From Candidatus Eiseniibacteriota bacterium (GTDB lineage: Bacteria; Eisenbacteria; RBG-16-71-46), in the NCBI GenBank assembly GCA_963725865.1, contig CAVSAC010000012.1:1024001-1088000 (forward strand): a stretch of 64,000 nucleotides of DNA, written 5' to 3'. Shown one piece after another: positions 50,110-59,823 of the stretch. The number at the start of each line of letters is the position of its first letter. Position 1 is the stretch's first letter. The notes below the pieces were generated by a model. It searched no databases and was not told where the DNA came from. It saw only the letters and a program-made list of their open reading frames with translations. The position numbers were made by a program, and so were the translations under genes.

Positions 50110-51921
50110 ATGCACCTGCCCTCTCGCCGTCCGTGGCTCGCGCTGGGCGCGAGTCTCGTGTTGCTGCTGTCGTCGCTGCCGGCCGGCGGAGCGCTCGCGG
50201 CCAGCCCGCTGCAGGAGCGCGCCGACCGATTCCTCGCGCTGGTGAACGCGTCGTACCAGGCGCTCTACGGGGTCAACAGCCGCGCGCAGTGGGACGCCGC
50301 CACCGACGTGAGTCCCGAGCACGACGCCGCCTCGGCCGCGGCGAACAAGGCGTACGCCGCGTTCAACGGCAATCCGGTGATCATCACCGAGGCGCGCGCG
50401 CTGCTCGAGCACGCCGCCGAGCTCGATCCGCTCACCGTGCGCGAGCTCAAGCGCGTGCTGCTCAACGCCGCCGAGGGGCCGATGACGAACCCCGAGCTGG
50501 TGGGCGCGCGCATCGACGCCGAGACGAAGCAGGCGTCGACGATGAACGGCTATACCTACCTGCTCGACGGCCAGCCGATCACCGCGAACGGCATGGACGA
50601 CAGCCTGGTCGCACTCACCGACGTGAGCCGGCGCCTCGCGGTGTGGGAGGCGTCCAAGCGCATGGGCATCGAGCTGCGCCCCGGGCTCGAAAAGCTCCAG
50701 GGCCTGCGCAACGGCGTCGCGCGCGAGCTGGGCTACCCCGACTACTTCACGCTGCAGGTCGCGAAGTACGACATGACCACCGACGAGATGCTCAAGCTCA
50801 ACGAGGAGTTCATGAGCGAGCTGCGGCCGCTCTACCTGCAGCTCTACACCTGGGCCAAGTACGAGCTGGCGAAGCGCTACCACCAACCGGTGCCGGCGCG
50901 CATCCCGGCTCACTGGCTACCGAACCGCTGGGGCCAGGAGTGGCAGGCGCTCACGCCGTCGTCGAGCCTCGACGCCGCGTTCCAGGGCAAGACCGCCGAG
51001 TGGGTGGTGAAGAGCGGCGAGCGCTTCTACACCGGGCTCGGGTTCGCGCCGCTGCCGAAGACGTTCTGGGAGCGCAGCGACCTGTACGCGCTGCCCGCCG
51101 ACTCGAAGCGCAAGAAGAACGCGCATGCCTCGTGCTGGCACATCGACCTCGACACCGACATCCGCTCGCTGATGAGCGTGCAGCCCGACGAGTGGTGGTG
51201 GCACACCGTCCACCACGAGCTCGGGCACGGCTACTACTTCATGTCGTACACGCGACCCGAGGTGCCGCCGCTGCTGCGTGACGGCGCCAACCCGTCGTTC
51301 CACGAGGGCATGGGCGAGCTGATCTCGCTCGCCTCCGGCCAGCAGCCCTACCTGGTCTCGATGGGTCTGCTCAAGCCCGGCAAAGCGAGCAAGGACGAGC
51401 AGATACGGCATCTGCTTCAGGATGCGCTCGAATCGGTCCCGTTCCTCTATTGGGCCTCCGGCACCATGACCCACTGGGAGGCGGACGTCTACGCCCAGGG
51501 GCTGCCGAGCGACCAGTGGAACCAGCGCTGGTGGAAATACGTCGGTGACTTCCAGGGCGTCGCGCCGCCGAGTCCGCGCGGCGAGGAGTTCTGCGACCCC
51601 GCGACCAAGACCCACATCAACGACACGCCCTGCTACTACTATTCGTACGCCATCGCCACCGTGTTCAAGTTCCAGATGCACGACCACATCGCGAAGCGGA
51701 TCCTCCACCAGGATCCGCACGCGTGCTCGTATGCCGACAACCAGGAAGTGGGCGCGTTCCTGCGCGGCATCATGCAGCAGGGCGCAACGCACGACTGGCG
51801 TGTGGTGCTCAAGGAGGCGACCGGCGAGGACCTGTCGACGCGCGCGATGGTCGAGTACTTCCAGCCGCTGATGGCGTGGCTCCAGCAGCAGAACAAGGGA
51901 CGTACGATCGGATGGCAGTGA
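50110..51921 (+). CDS. Peptidyl-dipeptidase A / ACE-like M2 metallopeptidase
   Basis: Signal peptide; 'IPAHWL.NRW.Q.W', 'HHELGH', 'GANPSFHEGMGE', 'DPATKTH', 'YF.PL..WL'. Confidence 0.9.
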   Translation: MHLPSRRPWLALGASLVLLLSSLPAGGALAASPLQERADRFLALVNASYQALYGVNSRAQWDAATDVSPEHDAASAAANKAYAAFNGNPVIITEARALLEHAAELDPLTVRELKRVLLNAAEGPMTNPELVGARIDAETKQASTMNGYTYLLDGQPITANGMDDSLVALTDVSRRLAVWEASKRMGIELRPGLEKLQGLRNGVARELGYPDYFTLQVAKYDMTTDEMLKLNEEFMSELRPLYLQLYTWAKYELAKRYHQPVPARIPAHWLPNRWGQEWQALTPSSSLDAAFQGKTAEWVVKSGERFYTGLGFAPLPKTFWERSDLYALPADSKRKKNAHASCWHIDLDTDIRSLMSVQPDEWWWHTVHHELGHGYYFMSYTRPEVPPLLRDGANPSFHEGMGELISLASGQQPYLVSMGLLKPGKASKDEQIRHLLQDALESVPFLYWASGTMTHWEADVYAQGLPSDQWNQRWWKYVGDFQGVAPPSPRGEEFCDPATKTHINDTPCYYYSYAIATVFKFQMHDHIAKRILHQDPHACSYADNQEVGAFLRGIMQQGATHDWRVVLKEATGEDLSTRAMVEYFQPLMAWLQQQNKGRTIGWQ

Positions 51922-51964
51922 TCGACGGCACGCGCGTCGCCGCCGCGCGGCGGGGGCGGCCCGC

Positions 51965-52354
51965 ATGACGCCGCTGCGGATGGCCGCCGTCACGACCGTC
52001 ACCACCGCGCTGCTGCTCTACACCATCGGTGCGACGAAGGAGATGCGCGCGCGCCGGGCCAGCCCCGGCGTGCGCGGCTTCCTCGCCGCCGGGGTGACGT
52101 TCGACGTCACCGCCACGCTGCTGATGATCCTCGCCACGACGCGCGAGGGACTCAGCGTGCACGGCGTGCTCGGCTACTCGGCGCTCGCCGCGATGGCGCT
52201 CGACACGCTGCTGATCTGGCGCCACGGGCGCCGCGCGGGGGACGCGCCGCTCGGCAGGGGACTGCATCTCTATTCGCGGGTGGCGTACGTGTACTGGGTG
52301 GCCGCCTACTTCACCGGCGCCACGCTGGTGATGATGGCGCAGCGGATGAGCTGA
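51965..52354 (+). CDS. Small four-TM membrane protein (HsmA/TIGR03987-like)
   Basis: 'ALLLYTIG..E', 'G..FD...T..M', 'HG..G..A..M', 'H.YS...Y..W...Y..G'. Confidence 0.6.
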   Translation: MTPLRMAAVTTVTTALLLYTIGATKEMRARRASPGVRGFLAAGVTFDVTATLLMILATTREGLSVHGVLGYSALAAMALDTLLIWRHGRRAGDAPLGRGLHLYSRVAYVYWVAAYFTGATLVMMAQRMS

Positions 52355-52536
52355 AGCGCGAGCGTTCGTGCCGCCCGCGCGATGCGGCCCGCGTCGGACG
52401 CCCCGGACGTCCTGGACGCGCGGCCGCGCGACGGACGCGGCCGCGCTGCGAAGCCCGCGCGGCGGTGGTAGAATCACCTCCGTCGCGACGGACCGGCCCG
52501 GATTCCTCGAGGGCATCGGCCCGCCTGGAGGCCGCC

Positions 52537-55011
52537 ATGGGATCGACCCGATCTCCCATTCTCCCGCGCGCAGGAGTCCTCGTGCTGTTCCTCCTGCTGT
52601 CGCCGGCGCTGCAGCCGATCGCCCTCGCTCGAATCGCGCCCGCGCCACCGCGCTTCTCAGCCGCATTCCGGTCCTTCGAAGCGGGAGGGGAACTCCGATC
52701 GCTCGCCGTGGGCGACCTGAACGGGGATGGCGCGCCGGACCTCGCCGTGGCGAACAGCAGCTCGGACGCGGTCTCGATCCTGCTCGCGGACGGTCATGGC
52801 GCGTTCGGTCCCGCGACGGACTTCGCGGCCGGAGACTATCCTCAATCGGTCGCGGTCGGGGACCTGGACTCGGACGGGGATCTGGACCTCGTGGTGGCGA
52901 ACGAGAGTTCCAGCACGATCTCGGTGTTGCTGGGAATCGGCGGTGGCTCGTTCGGACCCAGGGCGGATCTCATGTCCGCCTACGCGCCTCACGCCGTCGC
53001 GATCGGTGACTTGAACTCGGACGGCATCCTCGACCTGGCAGTTGCGAACCAGGGATCCAACACGGTCCAGGTGCTGCTCGGCGTCGGCAACGGGACGTTC
53101 GGCACGCCCACTCGCTACCTGCCCACGGGGAGCAGTCCCTACTCCGTGGCGATCGGCGATCTGAACGCCGACGGACGGCCCGACCTCGCGGTGGCGAACT
53201 ACGCGTCGAACTCGGTCTCGGTCCTGCTGGGCGAGGGCGGGGGCGCCTTCGGCTGGAAGACGGACTTCGCCACGGGAGGCGGGCCGGTCGCGGTCGCGAT
53301 CGGAGACCTCGACCGAAACGGCACACTCGACCTCGCCGTCGCGAACTGGAGCGAGAACACCGTCTCCGCATTGTCCGGAGTCGGAGACGGGACGTTCACC
53401 GGCCCGCTCAGCTTCGAGACCGGGTGGCAGCCGTACGGACTGTCGATCGCCGATCTCGATGGCGACGCGGTGCCCGACCTCGCGATCGCGAACTACAGCT
53501 CGAGCTCGGCATCGGTGCTCATCGGCTCTGGCAACGGGACGTTCCGTCACAAGCGCGACTTCGGGACCGGGGCGCTGCCCGTCGCGGTGGGCGCTCGTGA
53601 CCTGGACGCCGACGGTCATCCGGACCTCGTCGTGGCCAACTTCCATTCCAGGTCGGTCTCGGTGCTGCCGGGCGACGGGACGGGCGGATTCGGCGATCCC
53701 GGCGAGTACGCGTGCGGGGGATACGCCTCCTCGATGTCGATCGGTGACCTGAACGGAGATGCCCGGCCCGATCTGGTGGTGGCGCTCGGAATCGGCCTCG
53801 CGATCTCGGCGCTGCTGAACTCGGGAGCCGCGACGTTCGATGAGCGGGTTTACTCCGGGACCCTCAGCCATCCCGGGGCGACCGTGCTCGGTGATCTCGA
53901 TCGCGATGGCCGGCTCGATGTCGCGGCGGTGGACTTCAACGCCCATTCGGTCTCGATTCTGGTGGGCCGCGGAGACGGCGGATTCAGCGGCCGACCCGGG
54001 CTCGACACCGGACTTGGTCCCAGCGGCGCGGCACTGGGTGATGTCGACTCCGACGGCGCGCTCGACCTGGTCGTGGTCAACGCGAACTCCAATACGGTGT
54101 CCCTCTTCCTCGGATCCGGGAACGCGGCGTTCGGTGCGCGCACGGATTTCGCGACCGGCGCCCAACCCGTGGCCGTCGCGCTCGGGGATCTCGATCGAGA
54201 CTCCCGGCTCGACCTGGCAGTCGCCAGTGCGGGCTCGAACACCGTGTCGATCCTTCTCGGCGATGGCGAAGGGGGTTTTGCTCTGCGAACGGATTTCCCG
54301 ACGGCCGCCGGTCCGGCATCGATCGCCATCGGCGACCTCGATCAGGACGGCGATCTCGACCTCGTGACGGCAAGCCCCACGGCGAACGTGCTCTCGATCC
54401 TGATGGGCAGCGGGAACGGCAGCTTCGGTCCGAGCGCGGACCTCGCCACGGCGAGGGGGCCCTATTCCGTCGCGATGGCGGACCTGAACGGGGACGGGGC
54501 TCTGGACCTGGCGGCGACCGACGCGTACGCCAACGCGATCTCGGTGTTCGCGGGCGGCGGAGATGGATCGTTCGGGGCGCGCGCGGACTTCGGCGTCGGC
54601 AACTTGCCCGCCGCGCTCGCGGTCGGGGATCTCGATGGCGACGGCCGCCCGGATCTGGCGGTCGCGAATCACGAGTCCCAGAGTGTCTCGGTGCTCAGGA
54701 ACCTCGGTGCGCCCCCGCTCGACGTGCCACCCTTCATCATCGGCGCGCCGACGCTCTCGCTGCGGCTGGCGGGCGCGAATCCCATCGGGCGAGGGACCAC
54801 GGTGGAATTCTCGCTTCCCGCGCGCGGCCGCGCCACGGTCGCGCTGTTCTCGGTGACCGGTCAGCGAATGCGCACGCTGGCCAGTGGCGAACTCGATGCG
54901 GGAGTCACCACGCTGGAGCTGGACGCCGCGGGGCTGCCCGCGGGCGTCTATTTCGTGAAGCTGGATTCCGCCCTGGGCGCGGCGTCCCGGCGACTGGTGG
55001 TGCTTCACTAG
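52537..55011 (+). CDS. Secreted FG-GAP/VCBS repeat protein with C-terminal T9SS-like tail
   Basis: Many 'GDLNGDG.PDLAVAN...VSVLLG.G.G.F' repeats; tail 'G.RMRTL...LPAGVYFVKL'. Confidence 0.9.
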   Translation: MGSTRSPILPRAGVLVLFLLLSPALQPIALARIAPAPPRFSAAFRSFEAGGELRSLAVGDLNGDGAPDLAVANSSSDAVSILLADGHGAFGPATDFAAGDYPQSVAVGDLDSDGDLDLVVANESSSTISVLLGIGGGSFGPRADLMSAYAPHAVAIGDLNSDGILDLAVANQGSNTVQVLLGVGNGTFGTPTRYLPTGSSPYSVAIGDLNADGRPDLAVANYASNSVSVLLGEGGGAFGWKTDFATGGGPVAVAIGDLDRNGTLDLAVANWSENTVSALSGVGDGTFTGPLSFETGWQPYGLSIADLDGDAVPDLAIANYSSSSASVLIGSGNGTFRHKRDFGTGALPVAVGARDLDADGHPDLVVANFHSRSVSVLPGDGTGGFGDPGEYACGGYASSMSIGDLNGDARPDLVVALGIGLAISALLNSGAATFDERVYSGTLSHPGATVLGDLDRDGRLDVAAVDFNAHSVSILVGRGDGGFSGRPGLDTGLGPSGAALGDVDSDGALDLVVVNANSNTVSLFLGSGNAAFGARTDFATGAQPVAVALGDLDRDSRLDLAVASAGSNTVSILLGDGEGGFALRTDFPTAAGPASIAIGDLDQDGDLDLVTASPTANVLSILMGSGNGSFGPSADLATARGPYSVAMADLNGDGALDLAATDAYANAISVFAGGGDGSFGARADFGVGNLPAALAVGDLDGDGRPDLAVANHESQSVSVLRNLGAPPLDVPPFIIGAPTLSLRLAGANPIGRGTTVEFSLPARGRATVALFSVTGQRMRTLASGELDAGVTTLELDAAGLPAGVYFVKLDSALGAASRRLVVLH

Positions 55012-55055
55012 CACGCGGGGATCCGGCTCGCCGCCGATACTGTGGCCGGCGTCTC

Positions 55056-55352
55056 CTCGCCGCGCTGCTCAGTCCGGGCGCGCCCGGGTTCATCGACCAG
55101 CGCTTCGCGCCGGCCGGGGTCGCGGACGTACGCACCACCCGCGTGTCCGCGCCGTTCCGGCGGCCACGGCTGGAGCACGACGTGGAGTTCCTCCGCAGCT
55201 CGACCGCACCCATCCCGCAGATCCTGGGTCGCCTCGATGACGCGGCGCGCGTCGCAGCGTGGGCCGACATCGAGGCGAGGCTGCGCGCGTTCGAGACACC
55301 GGACGGCTGGATCGGGCCGAACGAACTGCTGCTGACGGTGGGGCGGCGGTAG
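55056..55352 (+). pseudogene. Remnant C-terminus of a class I SAM-dependent methyltransferase
   Basis: 'L.SPGAPG.ID..F..AG..DV.TTRVSAPFR...FLR.S..PI.QILGRLD...AAW..IE.RL..F.T.DGW.GPNELLLTVGRR'; no SAM-binding N-terminus and no good start. Confidence 0.5.
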
Positions 55353-55391
55353 GGGGGAGCGCCTCCGCTTGCCCACCCGCGGCCCGGTGCC

Positions 55392-56723
55392 TCACGGCGC
55401 CTCGGTCGGAGCGTGCGGGACCCTGCGGGCACCGTGGGGCGCCAGACGCTTGAGTGCCGCGCGTACTCGGACCTCGAGCGGAGCGTTGTCGGGCATGTCG
55501 GCGCACGCCGCAGCCGCGCGGCGCGCGTTTTCGAGGGTGACCCCGAGGCTGCGCAGCCATGGAATGACCTCGTCCATTCGTGCCCGAGCGGCGACGGCGC
55601 ATTCGCGCTCGAGCACCCGCGCGGCCTCGTGCGCCATCCCGGCCTCGTGTGCACGCGAAGGGTCGCCTGCCACCGCGGCCTCCTGAGCCGTGTCCCCGCC
55701 GCGCCGCGCTTGGTCGCGCTGGTGGTGCATGAAGTCGGCGCCATACGTGCGCTCTGCGGCGTGCTGGTTGTGCGCCCGACACAACAGCCGCATCCGATCC
55801 GGCGTCGCCTGCCCGCCGCGCGCGAACGCGTCGAGGTGGTCGAACTCCAGGAACTTTCGTGTTTCGCAGCGATGGCCCTTGCCGCTTACGAATGTGCACT
55901 GACCGCCATCGCGCTGCCAGACCATGCGCCGAATCTCGGCGGGCACGTAGCGGGTGTCCGCTGCGCGAAGCCGGCGGCTTGGGCGCGTGCGGGCGCTAGC
56001 GGCGAAGCGGCGCTGCTCGAGCTTCGCGATCAACACGTCGAGCGCGCGATCGAGCACCTGCGCGAGGTCGCCCGAGGGCAGCGCGTGGCCGAGCAGCGAC
56101 TGCGCGTAGCGCAGCTTGTCGTGCGTGGCCTGCGCGATCGTGACCTGCAGCGCGACCTTGCCGGGTGAGAGCGGCGTGAGCTTTGAACGCGGCTCGGAGG
56201 CACGCTCACTCGCCGGCCCCAGCACATGTTCAGAATCGGTCACATGAACATGCCCCGGGGCATGTTGTTCTTCACTTTCACAAGCGGCGAGCGGCGTCAC
56301 CAGGGTCGGCAGGTCGGGCCGTGGGAAGCGCTCGGCGATCAGTCGCTCGAGTTCGGGCTTGGACTTGCTCGCCGCGGCGGCCAGCAGCTTGTCAACATTC
56401 TCCGGTGTGAGGTGCGGTGCCAACAGCACCACCGCGCTCAAGTGCAGCCTGCCATCGGCCAGCATGGAGAAGATCGCCGGAAAGCTCCGGGCCAGCCGAG
56501 CGGCCTGGATGCGCTTGGCGGTCGAGTCCTCCGACAGCTTCAGCTCGCCGACGCACCACGCATACATCGACGAATACCCCGCCGGCAGGTACAGCCGCCG
56601 GGCGTCGACCTCGGCCAGATGCGCCAGCATCGCGGCGGTGGTGACCCGATCCTGGGCGACGAGAGCAGCGAGGTCATGCAGCAGAACACGGTCCGACAGA
56701 TGCGACAGTGAATAGGCCTTCAT
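55392..56723 (-). CDS. HNH endonuclease with DUF222-like N-terminal region (possible selfish element)
   Basis: 'AHLAEVDARRLY...GYSSMYAWC'; 'RYVPAEIRR.VW.RDGGQC....C....LEFDH....ARGG......LLCRAHN'; less GC-biased codon usage. Confidence 0.85.
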   Translation of the reverse strand: MKAYSLSHLSDRVLLHDLAALVAQDRVTTAAMLAHLAEVDARRLYLPAGYSSMYAWCVGELKLSEDSTAKRIQAARLARSFPAIFSMLADGRLHLSAVVLLAPHLTPENVDKLLAAAASKSKPELERLIAERFPRPDLPTLVTPLAACESEEQHAPGHVHVTDSEHVLGPASERASEPRSKLTPLSPGKVALQVTIAQATHDKLRYAQSLLGHALPSGDLAQVLDRALDVLIAKLEQRRFAASARTRPSRRLRAADTRYVPAEIRRMVWQRDGGQCTFVSGKGHRCETRKFLEFDHLDAFARGGQATPDRMRLLCRAHNQHAAERTYGADFMHHQRDQARRGGDTAQEAAVAGDPSRAHEAGMAHEAARVLERECAVAARARMDEVIPWLRSLGVTLENARRAAAACADMPDNAPLEVRVRAALKRLAPHGARRVPHAPTEAP

Positions 56724-57129
56724 GACGAGACTCCGCTTCGGGGGCAGAGTCGCGGGGGCAGCCTCTACTTACTAGCACGCGCGTTCGCGGCGCGCGTGCC
56801 CGCGCGGAGAGCGCGCATCTCGGGGCGGCGCGAGACGAAAGTCGCCCGGCGTTATTTCGAAGTGCCCGCTGTCATTCTGCGTGCGCATATGCACGGTTCA
56901 GGCACCCGCGACGACCTGCGCCTGCGGGGGCGCACGCAGCGTGTCAAGCTGATTCGTGACGAACACCGAGATCTTCGGTCACTGCGGCGCGGTTGGTTCG
57001 CGACGGCCGCCGCCGTCGGGCTGATCACTTCGAGCGACATAGCACGCGCCACTCGGCACGGGGACTTCGAGCGCGCGTCCCGGGCGGATCATGCCGCCGC
57101 ATCGCAGGCGCGGTCTCGCTCGACCCCGA

Positions 57130-57138
57130 TGCTATAGT
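57130..57138 (+). promoter_or_regulatory. Extended -10 promoter for thiolase
   Basis: TGcTATAGT about 50 bp upstream of the AGGAG RBS and ATG. Confidence 0.5.
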
Positions 57139-57189
57139 GCCCGCCGCCCGACTCCGCGCCCCGTGCCGCTCGATCCCCAGAGGAGCTCC

Positions 57190-58371
57190 ATGATGAACGA
57201 GATCGTCCTCGCGTCGCCCGTCCGCACCCCGATCGGCCGCTTCGGCGGCGGGCTCGCGTCCATGACCGCCGCCGAGCTGGGCGGGATCGCGGCGCGAGCG
57301 AGCCTCGAGCGCGCGGGGCTCGCCGCCTCCGCGGTGGGCTACACGGTGTTCGGCAACGCGCGCCAGGCGGGCGGCGGCCCGAACCCGGCGCGCCAGGTGG
57401 GGCGCAACGCCGGCCTGCCCGACGCCGCGCCGGCGTTCACGATCAACATGGCGTGCGCATCGGGCCTGCAGGCGATCCTGTCGGCGGCGCGCGTGATCCG
57501 CGACGGCGAGGCCGACGTGGTGCTGGCGGGCGGCACCGAGTCGATGAGCCGCGTGCCCTACATGCTCGAGCGCGCGCGCTGGGGCTACCGGCTCGGCCAC
57601 GGCGAGCTGACCGACGGCATGTATCGCGACGGCTTCCTCTGCCCGCTGAGCGGCAGGATCATGGGAGAGACGGCCGAGACGCTGGCGAAGCAGTACGCGA
57701 TCCCGCGCGCTGAGCAGGACGAGTTCGCCGCCACCAGCCAGCAGCGCTGCGAGGCCGCACGCAAGGCCGGCCGCTTCGCCGACGAGATCGTGGCCGTCGA
57801 TGCGAAGGAGGGCCGCAAGGTCACGCGGGTCGCGGCCGACGAGCATCCGCGCGACGGCATCACGGCCGTCGGTCTCGCCGACCTGAAACCGGTGTTCCAG
57901 GCGGACGGCACCGTGACCGCGGGCAACTCGTCGGGCATCACCGACGGCGCGGCCGCGGTGCTGGTGATGTCCGCCGAGGCCGCGAAGCGCCACGGGGTGA
58001 CGCCGTGGGCGCGTCTCGCGGGCTTCGCGACCGCCGGCGTGGCGCCCGAGGTGATGGGCATCGGACCGGTGCCGGCGGTGCGCGCGCTCGAGCAGCGCAC
58101 CGGAGTGAAGCTCGCCGACATCGACTTGGTCGAGCTGAACGAGGCGTTCGCCGCGCAGGTGATCGCGTGCGATCGCGAGCTGCACTTCGACCGCGCGCGC
58201 CTCAACGTGAACGGCGGCGCGATCGCGCTCGGTCACCCGATCGGCTGCACCGGCGCCCGCATCGTGGTGACGCTGTTGCACGAGATGAAGCGCCGCGAAG
58301 CGAAGCGCGGGCTCGCCACGCTGTGCGTCTCGGGCGGGTTGGGCTTCGCGATGCTGCTCGAACGCGCCTAG
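57190..58371 (+). CDS. Acetyl-CoA C-acetyltransferase (thiolase)
   Basis: RTPIG.FGG, NMACASG, TAGNSSGITDGAA, NEAFA, NVNGGAIALGHPIG, LCVSGG. Confidence 0.95.
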   Translation: MMNEIVLASPVRTPIGRFGGGLASMTAAELGGIAARASLERAGLAASAVGYTVFGNARQAGGGPNPARQVGRNAGLPDAAPAFTINMACASGLQAILSAARVIRDGEADVVLAGGTESMSRVPYMLERARWGYRLGHGELTDGMYRDGFLCPLSGRIMGETAETLAKQYAIPRAEQDEFAATSQQRCEAARKAGRFADEIVAVDAKEGRKVTRVAADEHPRDGITAVGLADLKPVFQADGTVTAGNSSGITDGAAAVLVMSAEAAKRHGVTPWARLAGFATAGVAPEVMGIGPVPAVRALEQRTGVKLADIDLVELNEAFAAQVIACDRELHFDRARLNVNGGAIALGHPIGCTGARIVVTLLHEMKRREAKRGLATLCVSGGLGFAMLLERA

Positions 58372-58383
58372 GGAGCGCCGCCG

Positions 58384-59694
58384 CTACTTCTTGGTGTCCT
58401 CGATCTCGTGCTTCCAGGCGCCCAGCGTATCCATGTGCATGGGACGCTGCTCGACCGCCTTCTCGAACTTGCAGATCTGCGTCAGCTCGTCGTCGGTGAG
58501 CACGCGGTTGTGCTCCTTCGCGGCGCGGAAGATCGCCTCGACGAGCGGCTCCTCGGCCTGGTAGCCGTGCGCGTGCAGCCAGTAGACGATGTTCGACATC
58601 CCCGACATGAAGCCGACCTCGATCTGCTGGTGCAGGCCCACCATGCCGGCGGGCACGCCCGAGTACACCATGTCCGCGAGCCCGTCATCACCCTTCTTCT
58701 TCGCCTTGATGATGGCCGCGGCGTGCACGCCGGTGGCGGTGCGGAACGCGTCGTGGCCGAACACCGGGTAGTTCGCGGGGATCGGCACGTCGGTGGCCTC
58801 GCTCGCGACCCGCACGTACTCGGCCAGCGGTGCGAGGTCGTTCTCGATGTAGCCCATCAGTCGCAGGTTGATCAGCAGCTGGTCCATCGAGCAGTTGCCC
58901 ACGCGCTCGCCGAGGCCGAGCGCGGTCGCGTGCACGCGATCGACGCCGGAGGTCATCGCGGTGATGGTGTTGATCACGCCGAGCCCGCGATCGTTGTGGC
59001 CGTGCCAGTCGATCTTGATATCCTCCCCGGTCTCGCGGATGATCTGCCGCACGTAGGGGATGAGATTGCGGACGCCGCGCGGCGTGATGTGACCGACGGT
59101 GTCCGCCACGCACACGCGCCTCGCACCCGCCTCGATCGCGGTGGTGAAGAGTCGCTTGATGGTCTCGGGGGTGGAGCGGGTGGTGTCCTCCGTCACGTAC
59201 ATGACGGGCAGCCCGTGCTGGGTGGCGTACGAGACCGCCTCCTCCGTCAGGCGCAGCATGGTCTCGAGCGTCCAGTCCTCGGCGTACTGGCGGATGGGGG
59301 ACGAGCCGATGAAGGCGCACGTCTCGATCGGGATACCGACCTTCTGCGAGATCTCGAGCAGCGGCTCGATGTCGGAGCGCACGGTGCGCACCGCGCAGTT
59401 CGGGGTGATGCGCAGGCGGGCGCGCGAGATCTCGCGGCACAGCAGCAGGATGTCCGCGCACGCACGCGGGCCGGCGCCGGGCAGCCCGAGGTCGGCGGTG
59501 TGGATCCCGAGCTGGTCCATCAGGTGGAGCATCCGGATCTTGGTGTCGATGTCGGGATCGCGCACGGATGGGGACTGGAGTCCATCGCGCAGGGTCTCGT
59601 CGTCGAACTCGACCTGCCGATCGCGGTGCGGGTAGCCGTTGCCGGCGGTGTTCCAGTCGTAGATCAGGGACGAGACGGAAGGGTTCGGCGACAT
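58384..59694 (-). CDS. LeuA-family DRE-TIM acyltransferase (isopropylmalate/homocitrate synthase-like), no regulatory domain
   Basis: DETLRDGLQ, EDTTR, ADTVG, HGHNDRG, GLGERVGN, GVHA. Confidence 0.85.
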   Translation of the reverse strand: MSPNPSVSSLIYDWNTAGNGYPHRDRQVEFDDETLRDGLQSPSVRDPDIDTKIRMLHLMDQLGIHTADLGLPGAGPRACADILLLCREISRARLRITPNCAVRTVRSDIEPLLEISQKVGIPIETCAFIGSSPIRQYAEDWTLETMLRLTEEAVSYATQHGLPVMYVTEDTTRSTPETIKRLFTTAIEAGARRVCVADTVGHITPRGVRNLIPYVRQIIRETGEDIKIDWHGHNDRGLGVINTITAMTSGVDRVHATALGLGERVGNCSMDQLLINLRLMGYIENDLAPLAEYVRVASEATDVPIPANYPVFGHDAFRTATGVHAAAIIKAKKKGDDGLADMVYSGVPAGMVGLHQQIEVGFMSGMSNIVYWLHAHGYQAEEPLVEAIFRAAKEHNRVLTDDELTQICKFEKAVEQRPMHMDTLGAWKHEIEDTKK

Positions 59695-59823
59695 CGAGAT
59701 CCTCCTCGGGACCGCCCAGGGCGGTCCGCAGGCCGGTGGCGACCGGGACAGTGCGCAGGACTGTACGACATCGAACGGGCGTTCGCTGCGATAAAGCGCG
59801 CCGCTGCGCCGGGAAAGGGCACG

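Noticed and set aside
52700..54700. Regularly spaced DNA repeats resembling a CRISPR or tandem array
   Set aside because: They are degenerate in-frame FG-GAP protein repeats, with no identical repeats or unique spacers and no cas genes.
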